Positions 1 to 8,633 of a DNA stretch of 38,058 nt are shown piece after piece. The notes under the pieces are model-generated. The model worked only from the letters and a program-made list of their open reading frames with translations, had not been told where the DNA came from and made no database searches. The stretch is from a virus. Its lineage: Duplodnaviria > Caudoviricetes. Where the stretch lies: IMG/VR virus record IMGVR_UViG_3300003778_000101, positions 1-38,058 of that record, one strand, 5' to 3'. How positions within the stretch are numbered: the first letter of the stretch is position 1; each line of letters begins with the position of its first letter. Position numbers and translations under genes: made by a program.

Positions 1-444
1 TCGCGCGCCGCCGCATGGCTCTGGATCACAGGGCTGGCCGATGGGCAGGGCAGGGCAGAGGTTTCGTCCCGCAAACTCGCGGCCCAATTCGGCTGGACCC
101 GTGCCAAGACCCGCAGATTCCTCGACCGCCTCACCGATTGCGGCCTGATCCAGCGGGAAAATCGACAAACCGGCCCATCAAGTTCCGTCGCAACGATCTG
201 TTTCGGCAAAGATTTTCCGGCCTCTGATGAAGTTTCCGGCCCATCGCCAGTGGAGCAGGTGCCGGTGCATCGCACGATTCGCGCCCCATCGGCCCCGGAC
301 AAGCGCCTCGCCTTCTTCGCCGCCATGGTGAATGGCGCCGAGCCCGTGCCGCCTGGTGTGATCAGCCCGATCATGGCGCAGGCGCTGGTCGCGGCCGGCG
401 CTGTCTCGATCGAGGCCTTGCGCCGGAAGGGGGTCAGCACATGA
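1..444 (+). CDS. 5'-truncated winged-helix protein, phage replication-initiator-like
   Basis: Frame 1 is open from base 1 and runs into track ORF 250..444. It reads SRAAAWLWITG...SSRKLAAQFGWTRAKTRRFLDRLTDCGLI, a wHTH pattern typical of phage replisome organisers. The stop overlaps the next ATG (ATGA). Confidence 0.6.
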   Translation, partial: SRAAAWLWITGLADGQGRAEVSSRKLAAQFGWTRAKTRRFLDRLTDCGLIQRENRQTGPSSSVATICFGKDFPASDEVSGPSPVEQVPVHRTIRAPSAPDKRLAFFAAMVNGAEPVPPGVISPIMAQALVAAGAVSIEALRRKGVST

Positions 445-1118
445 TTATTCGGGAAGAGCGCATCGGAGATTGCCGCCTGATCCTTGGAGACTGCAGCACG
501 ATTCTTGAGCAGATCGCGGCTGACAGCGTGGTGACCGATCCACCTTATGGAATGTCATACGAAAGCGGTTTCGCGACCGATGATCTTTGGGGTTCAGAAA
601 GAAGAATACGGGGAGACGCTGACACGGACCTAAGAGATCACGTTGCGTCGTGGGGAGGTGGGCGCCCGTGTTTGATGTTCGGCACATGGAAGATCGCGCG
701 CCCACATGGAACTCGGCAGGTGCTGATATGGGATAAGGGCGGCGCCTTGGGGATGGGCGCGCTGGACATTCCATGGAAGCCAGATCACGAGGAAATCTAT
801 GTGATTGGCAAAGGATTTATTGGCACGAGGGATTGCGGTTCTGTTCTCAGGTGTCCACCCGTCCAAAGCATGGCCAGAAACGGTCGGGTTCATCCGAATG
901 AAAAGCCTGTCGATCTGATGGGCAGATTGATTTCAAAGGTTCCCGGCGTCATCTGCGACCCATTCATGGGGTCTGGTTCAACATTGGTTGCCGCAGCCAA
1001 GGCGGGCCGAACCGCGATCGGCATAGAGATACACGAAACCCATTTTGCAACAGCATGTTGGCGCGTGGAGCAAGCCTATAGGCAAGGCGATCTATTCATA
1101 GGTGGAGTGCCAACGTGA
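441..1118 (+). CDS. DNA methyltransferase (N4-C/N6-A, beta class)
   Basis: Catalytic DPPY precedes HPNEKP and the SAM-binding DPFMGSGST motif. Visibly more AT-rich than its neighbours. Confidence 0.93.
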   Translation: MIIREERIGDCRLILGDCSTILEQIAADSVVTDPPYGMSYESGFATDDLWGSERRIRGDADTDLRDHVASWGGGRPCLMFGTWKIARPHGTRQVLIWDKGGALGMGALDIPWKPDHEEIYVIGKGFIGTRDCGSVLRCPPVQSMARNGRVHPNEKPVDLMGRLISKVPGVICDPFMGSGSTLVAAAKAGRTAIGIEIHETHFATACWRVEQAYRQGDLFIGGVPT

Positions 1119-1612
1119 CCGTTGCCGCGTTCCGCAAAACCGTCGCTGACACCGCCCATTTCTGCCAGTGGGCCGCTGCGGCTCCGCCCGGCGACTTCGT
1201 GGTGTATCACATCGGCAATCTGGGCAAGGACCGCATCGGCAACGCCGCGCTGCATGAGCTGGCCGACACGGTTCTCTTGCTGTCCGAGGCGGGCTTCGTG
1301 ATGGGCACCCAATATCCGATCCATTTGGCCGGAATCGCCGGGGCTTCCTACGCCGCGACCCGAACCGGCAGGGGTTGGGCGCCTCAATCCATCCTCCACC
1401 GCCGCCTCACAGCCCAGACGTGGAGAGCCCTCAATGCCGTGCATCACCGCGATAGCTGGATGTCGGCGCAGCGATCCATCCGCGACACCCTGTCCTGCCC
1501 CGATGGCATCGCCGCAGATATTCTGTGCGCCCTGTATTCCGAGGGGTGGGTGATCGACGCCCCCGGCAAGGGGTGGTGCCTCAGCCCGACAGGGCTGCGA
1601 ATGCTGACGTGA
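1115..1612 (+). CDS. hypothetical protein, possible C-terminal wHTH
   Basis: GTGA overlap with the MTase and a GGAG SD. The C-terminus (AADILCALYSEGWV...GWCLSPTG) resembles a winged helix. Confidence 0.65.
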   Translation: MTVAAFRKTVADTAHFCQWAAAAPPGDFVVYHIGNLGKDRIGNAALHELADTVLLLSEAGFVMGTQYPIHLAGIAGASYAATRTGRGWAPQSILHRRLTAQTWRALNAVHHRDSWMSAQRSIRDTLSCPDGIAADILCALYSEGWVIDAPGKGWCLSPTGLRMLT

Positions 1613-1624
1613 TTGGGCGGTCTG

Positions 1625-2146
1625 ATGTCAAACAACAAAGCATCATTCCTCGCGCTGATCGGCCAGCCCCCGGGAGAACGGGGCCGAGCCCTCAAGTATG
1701 ATGCCGATCTGCACTGCCAGATGGTGCGCGATCTGGCGCAGAAGGGTGATTTCCCCGAGTCCTGGGCAGCAGAGATCGGAATCACGATTTCCACCATGCG
1801 GCGCTGGGTGCAGGAGCATGAGGAGTTCCGCGAGGCCATCATCATCGCGCGGCACCTGCTGCAGTCCTTCTGGACCCGCGACATTGCCAAAAACCGCACC
1901 AACCCTGACTCCAAGCCGGGGCTCTACAACCTCATCGCACGGCGGTTTCCCGAGCTGTATGGCCGGGAGCCGGTCGATCTGTTCGCGTGGCTCCAGACGC
2001 CGGATGCGGTCGGAACCGAAGGCCTGACCCAACCCGGACAGGCCCCCATGATCAATCCACTGACCGGTACACCAGCGACAGAGGCCGACATTCTGGCCCG
2101 GCTGGAGGCGCTGCGGCGGCGCCGGGAAGAGGAGGGCGGGGCATGA
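1625..2146 (+). CDS. terminase small subunit (putative)
   Basis: GR..KY motif and an HTH (AAEIGITISTMRRWVQEHEEFREA), upstream of TerL. ATG 1625 preferred over TTG 1613. Confidence 0.75.
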   Translation: MSNNKASFLALIGQPPGERGRALKYDADLHCQMVRDLAQKGDFPESWAAEIGITISTMRRWVQEHEEFREAIIIARHLLQSFWTRDIAKNRTNPDSKPGLYNLIARRFPELYGREPVDLFAWLQTPDAVGTEGLTQPGQAPMINPLTGTPATEADILARLEALRRRREEEGGA

Positions 2147-2493
2147 ACACAATCCCGACCAACTCCCATTTCTGCCAGCGCGCCCGGGAGCGGGCCGGGG
2201 TCGAAGACCCTGAGGCGCTGCTTCTGGCCCTGTGCCGCGCGCTTGAGCAGCAACGGCATGATGTGATCGAGCATTGCTTTGACGTGCCCGGCCCAGCGGC
2301 CCCTGATGGCCGCCCGATCCGCGCGATATGGCGCTTCCGCATCGCAAGCGGGGAGGTGTTCTATGCCGTCGTATCGCGCCTAATCATGCGCCCCATAACG
2401 GTCCTGACCCATGAGCAGGTCAGGTTCTACCGCGAGAAAAAGCGGCTCCAGAAGCCGAAGGGGCGCAAGGGTCGCCGCGTGTGTAAAACATGA
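2143..2493 (+). CDS. hypothetical protein (116 aa)
   Basis: ATGA-coupled start at 2143 (MNTIPTNSHF...), inside track ORF 1987..2493. Confidence 0.7.
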   Translation: MNTIPTNSHFCQRARERAGVEDPEALLLALCRALEQQRHDVIEHCFDVPGPAAPDGRPIRAIWRFRIASGEVFYAVVSRLIMRPITVLTHEQVRFYREKKRLQKPKGRKGRRVCKT

Positions 2494-2741
2494 GCGCCCG
2501 CGCCACCCTTTCCGCTGATGGCGGCACAGTGACCCACAGCAAGGGCGCATGGTCAGAAAGCTATCCTGTCGCAAAGCTGGCTGCGCATCTGGAGTTCTAT
2601 CGCGCCATGCGGGACCGCCTTGCGCCGCATGACCGTTCGGGCCGGGCGACCGGGCCGGGCCCTTATGCCTCGTCCTATGCGGATGACGTGCTGGCGCTGG
2701 AGCGGGTCGAGAAGATGGCAAGGGTGTTGGGCACGATCTGA
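2490..2741 (+). CDS. hypothetical protein (83 aa)
   Basis: Coupled to genes on both sides (ATGA and TGATG). Confidence 0.65.
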   Translation: MSARATLSADGGTVTHSKGAWSESYPVAKLAAHLEFYRAMRDRLAPHDRSGRATGPGPYASSYADDVLALERVEKMARVLGTI

Positions 2742-4273
2742 TGAAGATGGACCCGATCATTCTGGAAGAGCTTCAGCTTCTCGAAGAGCTGGACCGCCTC
2801 CGGGCCCGGGATTCCTTTCTGGCCTTCTACATGCGGATGACGGGGTATTACCCTCCGCGCCACCTCCGGGTGATTGCACGGTTTCTGGAGGCGATGGAGA
2901 ATGACCTGATCGACCGCGGCATGTTGTTCGCACCGCCGCGACACATCAAGAGCCTCAGCGCCTCAATCCTGTTCCCGGCATGGATCATGGGGCGGCACCC
3001 CTCGACCAAGATCATGTCGGTGGTCCACACCCAGAACTATGCCGGCAAGATCGGCCGCAACGTCCGAAACCTGTTGCGCCGCCGCGATTGGCCCTTTGAT
3101 GGTGCGCAGCTCGCCGCCGATAGTCAGGCCCGCGACCAGTGGGCCACGCTTCAGGGGGGCGAATACAACGCCTTCGGCATCATCGGGGGCAATCAGCACG
3201 GCAACCCCGCCGAGTGGCTGTTCATGGATGACATCGTGAAGGGGCGGCAGATCGCCATGTCGCCCCATATGCGCGAAGAGGTCTGGGAGACCTACAAGGC
3301 CGACCTCACGTCCCGCCTGCAGGGGCGGCGCAAGCAGCTCATGGTCTTCACGCGCTGGCACGAGGATGATCCTGCCGGGCGCATCCTGCCCGACAATTAC
3401 GATGGCCGCACGGGCTGGTATGCCGACCGTGAGACGGGCGAGAAATGGTATGTCCTCAGCCTGCCCGCCATGGCCGAGCATGAGGATGATCCGTTGGGCC
3501 GTGATCTTGGCGAGTGCCTGTGGCCGGAACAGTTCGGTGAAGCCTTCATGGGGCCGAAGCGCAAGCGCGGGGGCTGGATATGGTCCGCGCTCTATCAGCA
3601 GCGCCCCAGCCCGCAGGAAGGGCTGATGTTCACCGACGCGCACGTCATGCGCTTCGATCTGGGCGCAATCGACCTGACCCGCCTGCAAATCTACATCTCC
3701 AGCGACTATGCCGTGACCGAAGAGGGCGGCGGCGGTGATCCAGATTGGACCGTGCATCAGGTATGGGGCGTGGATCACGACCAGAACATCTTCTTGCTGG
3801 ATATGTGGCGCGGGCGCACCCAGCCCGACGAATGGGTCAGGCACTGGATCAGGCTGGTGAAGAAGTGGAACCCGCTGCGCGCCTTTGAGGAAAACGGTCA
3901 GATCATCAAGTCGGTCGGCCCGATCATCCGCGCCATGATGCGACAGGAGCGCGCCTTTGTGGACCGGGTGCAGATGTCCAGCACGACCGACAAGCCAAGC
4001 CGGGCGCAATCCCTTCTGGGCTGGGCCGCCATGGGCAAGATGTTCCTGCCCCGGCGCGACACAGTTCCGGCTTCATGGCTCCCCCACCTCGACGCTTTCG
4101 AGCTGGAGCTGAAGCAATTCCCTGCCGGCAAGAAGGACGACACCGTGGATGCCGCCACGCTCTTTGCCCGCGGGCTGGACCGGATCATCGCGGGCCAGCA
4201 TCCCGGCAAGGCCCGCTCGCCGCACGGCGATACCCTTGATGACCTATGGGAGAGGAACGAGGGCGGCAGATAA
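2741..4273 (+). CDS. terL: terminase large subunit
   Basis: Walker A variant PPRHIKS, Walker B LFMDD, TRWHEDD, ALYQQRP and the C-terminal nuclease motif FPAGKKDDTVDA. Confidence 0.95.
   Translation: MKMDPIILEELQLLEELDRLRARDSFLAFYMRMTGYYPPRHLRVIARFLEAMENDLIDRGMLFAPPRHIKSLSASILFPAWIMGRHPSTKIMSVVHTQNYAGKIGRNVRNLLRRRDWPFDGAQLAADSQARDQWATLQGGEYNAFGIIGGNQHGNPAEWLFMDDIVKGRQIAMSPHMREEVWETYKADLTSRLQGRRKQLMVFTRWHEDDPAGRILPDNYDGRTGWYADRETGEKWYVLSLPAMAEHEDDPLGRDLGECLWPEQFGEAFMGPKRKRGGWIWSALYQQRPSPQEGLMFTDAHVMRFDLGAIDLTRLQIYISSDYAVTEEGGGGDPDWTVHQVWGVDHDQNIFLLDMWRGRTQPDEWVRHWIRLVKKWNPLRAFEENGQIIKSVGPIIRAMMRQERAFVDRVQMSSTTDKPSRAQSLLGWAAMGKMFLPRRDTVPASWLPHLDAFELELKQFPAGKKDDTVDAATLFARGLDRIIAGQHPGKARSPHGDTLDDLWERNEGGR
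4217..4247 (+). promoter_or_regulatory. putative late promoter motif (portal)
   Basis: TCGCCGCACG-N18-TAT, upstream of ATG 4283. Confidence 0.55.
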
Positions 4274-4282
4274 GGGCCAGGC

Positions 4283-6520
4283 ATGGGCATTTCAGACATC
4301 ATCCAGCCCGGGGCGCTGGGTCGGGACGGCGACGACGCCATGCCATGGCAACCCGTCTCGGAGCTTGCCCCCGACGTGCCGGAGAGCGATTCCGAGGCCG
4401 AAGGCAAGGGCCCGGATGAAAACTGGCGCTTCTGGCAGGAGCAAATCACCACAGCCCTGATGCACGAACGGCGCTGGCGCAAGGAGGCGCTGCACGCCGA
4501 GGGCCTGTATTTCGGCCCGGACGAGGACAGCGGCACGGGCGAAAGTAGTGGGGCGCCGAAGGAAAACCGGATCACCGACGAAACCGGTCTGATCCATTCC
4601 AATATCGAGGTGTTGAAGCCTCTGGTGTTCAGTGAAACCCCCACCCCTATCGTGCAGCGGCGCTGGCGTGGCGATGGCCAGGCCGACGAAACCGACCTGA
4701 TGGCGGCCGAGGCGGGGCAGCGCATCGCCACATGGATGCTCACCACCACCGATTTCAACGGCGCGATGGAGCGGGCCCGCGATGACTGGCTCATTGCCGG
4801 TCGCGGGGCGGCCCGTGTCCTCTACCGCGCCGAGTTCGGGCAAGAGCAGGCCACCAACCCCCTGACGGGCGAACCCATCGTTGAGGATGTGAAGCTCAAT
4901 GAGGAAGTGCTGATCCGGGGCAACGAGTGGCGCCGCCTTGTGCTGGCCCCCGCCGCGGGCTGGGACCAGATGCCGTGGATCGCGTTCGAGGTGCCCATGA
5001 CGCGGGCCAAGATCGAGAAGCGGTTCCCGGAACACAAGGACAGGTTTGCCTACGTCAATAAGGGCATGAGGGGCAGGGCGCGCGCCTTTGGCGACGAGGA
5101 CCGCGAGGACCGGGCCCTGTCCAGCCAGATCGACCGCACCGGAGAGCCGGTCATCAGTCCGTTTGACACCGCCACGGTCTGGGAGGTCTGGAACCGGGAA
5201 ACCCGAGCCGTGATCTGGGTGTCCCCGGACTGCAAGGACGTGGTGCTGGACAAGCAGGACGATCCGCTGGGGCTGGAGTATTTCTTCCCCATGCCCAAGC
5301 CGCTTTTGGCCACGACCCGGGGCGACAGCATGAATCCGCGCCCCGATATCGCCTATTACGCCGAGCGGGCCAAGGAAATCGACCTGGCCACGCGCAAGAT
5401 GCACGAGCTTCTGAAGGTGCTGGCCGTCGCGGGCCTGTTCCCCGGTGCCATGGCCGATCAGGTCAAGGCGCTGATGGAGGGCAAGAACCAGCTCATACCG
5501 GTGCAAAGCTGGATCAGCCTCATGGAGAAGGGCGGATCATCGAACATCATCCAGTGGCTTCCTCTGGAGGCCATCATCACCTGCCTCAACGCGCTGCAGA
5601 TGATGCGCGAGGCAGCAAAGCAGGCCATGTTCGAGGCCTCCGGCGTCTCCGACATCATGCGGGCTCAGGGCAACCCGAACGAGACGGCGACGGCGCAGCA
5701 GATCAAGGGCCGCTACGCCGGTCTGCGCCTTGCGGCAAAGCAACGTCAGATGGCGGTCTTTGCCCGTGACAGTCTGCGGATCATGGTCGAGATTGCGCTT
5801 GAGCTGTTCGACGCTGCCCGCCTGTTCGATCTGGTCGGGCTGAACATCCCGGCGACCGAGGCGGAACGGCAAATGAAGCTGGCCGAGATCGAAGCCGGAA
5901 AGCAGCAGTTCGCGCAAGCCGTGGCGCAGTATCAGGCGCTGCAACAGGCGGTGCAGGTCATGCAGCAGCAGGGCCAGCCCGTGCCACAACTCCCGCCGCC
6001 GCCCCAAGAGCCGAAGTTTGACCGGGTGCCGGAAACCTCTTGGGAGTTGGTCCACGCCCGCCTGCGCCGCGATATGTCGCGCAAGATCACGATTCAGATC
6101 GAGACGGACAGCACGGTCCTTGCCGATGAGCAGGCCGACAAGGAGGCCCGCATCGAGTTCCTGGGTGCCTTCTCAACCTTCGTGCAGCAGCTCGCCCCGC
6201 TCATGGCCTCGGGCCAGTTCGATATGAAGACGGTCAAGGAGTTGCTGTTGTTCGGCGTGCGGGCCTTCCCGAAGAGCCGCACGCTGGAAGGCATGATTTC
6301 GCAGATGCCGGATGAGCCGCAGGGCGAGCCGAAGGAAGATACCCAAGTCATTGTCGCCAAGATCAGGGCCGAGACCGACAAGCTCGTGGCCGAGATGGAG
6401 ATGGCCGACAAGGAGAAGGACCGGCAGCACGACATGCGGATGAAGGGCGCCGATCTGTTGGCCAAGGCGGCAGATACAGCCGCAAAACCAGCCTCGCCGC
6501 AACCGATCGGGCGCGCGTGA
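4283..6520 (+). CDS. portal protein
   Basis: 745 aa directly after TerL. VWEVWN, FFPMPKPL and GVSDIMRAQ..ETATAQQIK motifs with a Gln-rich helical C-terminus, as in podovirus portals. Confidence 0.88.
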   Translation: MGISDIIQPGALGRDGDDAMPWQPVSELAPDVPESDSEAEGKGPDENWRFWQEQITTALMHERRWRKEALHAEGLYFGPDEDSGTGESSGAPKENRITDETGLIHSNIEVLKPLVFSETPTPIVQRRWRGDGQADETDLMAAEAGQRIATWMLTTTDFNGAMERARDDWLIAGRGAARVLYRAEFGQEQATNPLTGEPIVEDVKLNEEVLIRGNEWRRLVLAPAAGWDQMPWIAFEVPMTRAKIEKRFPEHKDRFAYVNKGMRGRARAFGDEDREDRALSSQIDRTGEPVISPFDTATVWEVWNRETRAVIWVSPDCKDVVLDKQDDPLGLEYFFPMPKPLLATTRGDSMNPRPDIAYYAERAKEIDLATRKMHELLKVLAVAGLFPGAMADQVKALMEGKNQLIPVQSWISLMEKGGSSNIIQWLPLEAIITCLNALQMMREAAKQAMFEASGVSDIMRAQGNPNETATAQQIKGRYAGLRLAAKQRQMAVFARDSLRIMVEIALELFDAARLFDLVGLNIPATEAERQMKLAEIEAGKQQFAQAVAQYQALQQAVQVMQQQGQPVPQLPPPPQEPKFDRVPETSWELVHARLRRDMSRKITIQIETDSTVLADEQADKEARIEFLGAFSTFVQQLAPLMASGQFDMKTVKELLLFGVRAFPKSRTLEGMISQMPDEPQGEPKEDTQVIVAKIRAETDKLVAEMEMADKEKDRQHDMRMKGADLLAKAADTAAKPASPQPIGRA

Positions 6521-6523
6521 TAG
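6494..6523 (+). promoter_or_regulatory. putative late promoter motif (small-gene cluster)
   Basis: TCGCCGCAAC-N17-TAG, a variant box. Confidence 0.55.
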
Positions 6524-6561
6524 CTGGGGCAGCACGCTAAACAGCCAAGGAGCTGCCCCAG
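6524..6561 (+). promoter_or_regulatory. hairpin overlapping the ribosome-binding site
   Basis: CTGGGGCAGC (6524-6533) and GCTGCCCCAG (6552-6561) form a perfect 10-bp stem. SD AAGGAG is at 6547-6552 and ATG at 6562. Confidence 0.6.
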
Positions 6562-6873
6562 ATGACCAGTCTCGAATCCGGCGATGCCCTCGCCGCCGCC
6601 GTCCAGAAAACACCGCACCGCGTGACGCTGGACAGCCTCAAGGCCAAGATCGTGGCCGCCGATTTCTTCCATCCCAGCTTTGCCCCGCATGTGACCGTCG
6701 CGGTTCTCCAGACCGAGAACGGCTTCACGCTGGTTGGCAAGTCGGCCCCGGCCGATCCGGCCAACTTTGACGCAGAGGCGGGGCGGACTTTTGCGCATGA
6801 CGATGCCATCCGGCAGCTCTGGGCGCTGGAGGGGTATCTTTTGCGCGAGCGTCTTCGGCAGGCGGAGGGCTGA
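6562..6873 (+). CDS. N4 Gp49/Sf6 gp66 family protein (Acb4-like nucleotide sponge candidate)
   Basis: RVTLDSLKAKI...TVAVLQTENGFTLVGKSAPADPANFDAEAG...AIRQLWALEGYLLRERL is the family signature. Confidence 0.85.
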   Translation: MTSLESGDALAAAVQKTPHRVTLDSLKAKIVAADFFHPSFAPHVTVAVLQTENGFTLVGKSAPADPANFDAEAGRTFAHDDAIRQLWALEGYLLRERLRQAEG

Positions 6874-6876
6874 CCG

Positions 6877-7413
6877 ATGGATTTCGGCGATGCAATCCGC
6901 GCCCTGAAGCAGGGCAGGCGCGTGGCCCGTGCGGGCTGGAACGGCAAGGGCATGTGGCTGGCATTGTCGCCCGGGCATGTGAACCTATCTGCCGAAAAGT
7001 TCTGGGCTGGCCCGAACCGTGACTACGCCGAGGCTCAGGGCGGCACGGCGCATGTTCTCCCCTGCATCACCATGAAGACCGCCACCGGCGAAATCCTCAT
7101 GGGCTGGCTCGCATCCCAAACAGATATGCTGGCCGAGGACTGGGGTTTGGTCGAGGACGCGCCGAAGGCTGCTCCCGCACCGTCAGCACCCGCCGTTCTT
7201 TCCCGCGCCGCCCTCACGGTGATCTCTGAAGCGGTGCAGGCCTATCTTGCCCAGCTTGAAAACCGCGAACCTCCCCCGGATCAAAGCCCGGTGGACGTGA
7301 TCGAATCCGCCAGCCAGCACGTCATGGCACAGCGCGGTATCGCGGCCCCGGCCGATCTGCGCGAGGTCTGCACGCAGGTCTTGCAGCACTATCTGCGCAA
7401 GGAGGTGCGGTGA
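6877..7413 (+). CDS. DUF2829 (Tad2-like) protein with C-terminal extension
   Basis: MDFGDAIRALKQGRRVARAGWNGKGMWL...GWLASQTDMLAEDW, then a Pro/Ala linker and about 70 extra residues. Confidence 0.88.
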   Translation: MDFGDAIRALKQGRRVARAGWNGKGMWLALSPGHVNLSAEKFWAGPNRDYAEAQGGTAHVLPCITMKTATGEILMGWLASQTDMLAEDWGLVEDAPKAAPAPSAPAVLSRAALTVISEAVQAYLAQLENREPPPDQSPVDVIESASQHVMAQRGIAAPADLREVCTQVLQHYLRKEVR

Positions 7414-7742
7414 TGCCATTCTTCCGTAAAAAGCCGGTGGTGATCGAGGCGCGGCAGATGCCGGAAGCGGCCGCGTGGTTTGCGCTATTGGGTGAGCTTC
7501 AGGATATTTCCCGCGGGCAAATGCCTCCCGGCCTTTCTCGCGTGGTAGATTCCGCGAGAGGCATTGCGGCATGGTGTGGCGGCCAGTTCACCTGTGACGC
7601 CCTTGGCCCGTCCATCCTGATCGACACGCTGAAAGGCCAGATGCGCGCCGATCCGGGCGACTGGATCATCAGGGGCGTGAAAGGCGAGTTTTACCCCTGC
7701 AAGCCAGACATCTTCGACGCGACCTATGAGGCAGCGGAATGA
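7410..7742 (+). CDS. conserved small phage protein (KKPVVIEA...GDWII...YPCKPDIF family)
   Basis: Recognisable widespread motif set; function unknown. Confidence 0.8.
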   Translation: MMPFFRKKPVVIEARQMPEAAAWFALLGELQDISRGQMPPGLSRVVDSARGIAAWCGGQFTCDALGPSILIDTLKGQMRADPGDWIIRGVKGEFYPCKPDIFDATYEAAE

Positions 7743-7918
7743 GCTGGCTCCTCATCATCGTCCTCGTCGCTGATGGCGCACGAACCGAGGCGCCGGTGGG
7801 CCTGATGATCGACCGGCGGGCCTGCAATATTGCCGGTTTCGGCATGGGGGCCGTGCTGTCGCAGGCTAATCCCGGCGTTGATGTGGGGTGGCGCTGCGAA
7901 AAGCAGGTCGCGGCATGA
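7739..7918 (+). CDS. hypothetical 59-aa protein, not in the ORF track
   Basis: MSWLLIIVLVADG...WRCEKQVAA, with ATGA overlaps at both ends filling the gap exactly. Confidence 0.7.
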   Translation: MSWLLIIVLVADGARTEAPVGLMIDRRACNIAGFGMGAVLSQANPGVDVGWRCEKQVAA

Positions 7919-8373
7919 CCGCATCCGAACACGCCCGCATCTTCGGCTCGCGTGAACCTGCCGCCCCGGGCCGGTCCCGCCTGTGCAAGACCTGTGGTGA
8001 CTGGCACCGGCTGGATAAGCCTTGGCCGCACAACTGCCGCCCGCCCGCGCCGCCGCGATCCGTTCTGCCCGCCCCGATGCTGGCCCCGAAGTTTCAGGAG
8101 TTCGTCGCGGGTGATGTGTTCAACCCGGTCCCGATCGGTGATCCGTCGGCCAAGCGCGAATACATGGAGCGCAACGGCTTGGTGGAGTGGGACGCTGGCG
8201 TGAAGCCGGATCGGGAACCGACCGAACGGGAATGGGAGCGCGACCTCGCCATGGACCTGAAGCGCGAGGCCGAGATTGACCCGCTGAACCGCCCGCCCGT
8301 CGATGTGGTGGGGCGCACCGATCTGGATGGCGCAGCCGAAATCGACACGACCGACATGGAGGTTTTCAAGTGA
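7915..8373 (+). CDS. hypothetical protein with putative Zn-binding motif
   Basis: ATGA-coupled start; CKTCGDWH...WPHNC. Confidence 0.75.
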   Translation: MTASEHARIFGSREPAAPGRSRLCKTCGDWHRLDKPWPHNCRPPAPPRSVLPAPMLAPKFQEFVAGDVFNPVPIGDPSAKREYMERNGLVEWDAGVKPDREPTEREWERDLAMDLKREAEIDPLNRPPVDVVGRTDLDGAAEIDTTDMEVFK

Positions 8374-8627
8374 AGTCCGAGCCGTTGCCGACCCTGATCC
8401 CTGCGCGACCCCATGAAGCCGACGAAGAGCAGCGCCTGCGCGAGGCCATCAACCGGCTGTGCGGTCAGGCGCTGGCCGCTCTGGATGCCGCCATCAAGTT
8501 TCGCACCGCCCCGCATGAAGCGCAGCGTGCCCGCCATCTGGCGCGCGGCCATCTGGTCGATTTCAGCCTGAAGGCGATGCACGCCCTCACACTGACCGCC
8601 GCCGAAAAGAAACAGACCGAGGAGTAA
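8370..8627 (+). CDS. small helical-hairpin protein with weak Acb2/Tad1-like appearance
   Basis: GTGA-coupled start with a GGAGG SD. Two predicted helices ending RARHLARGHLVDFSLKAMHALT. Confidence 0.6.
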   Translation: MKSEPLPTLIPARPHEADEEQRLREAINRLCGQALAALDAAIKFRTAPHEAQRARHLARGHLVDFSLKAMHALTLTAAEKKQTEE

Positions 8628-8633
8628 TCCCCC

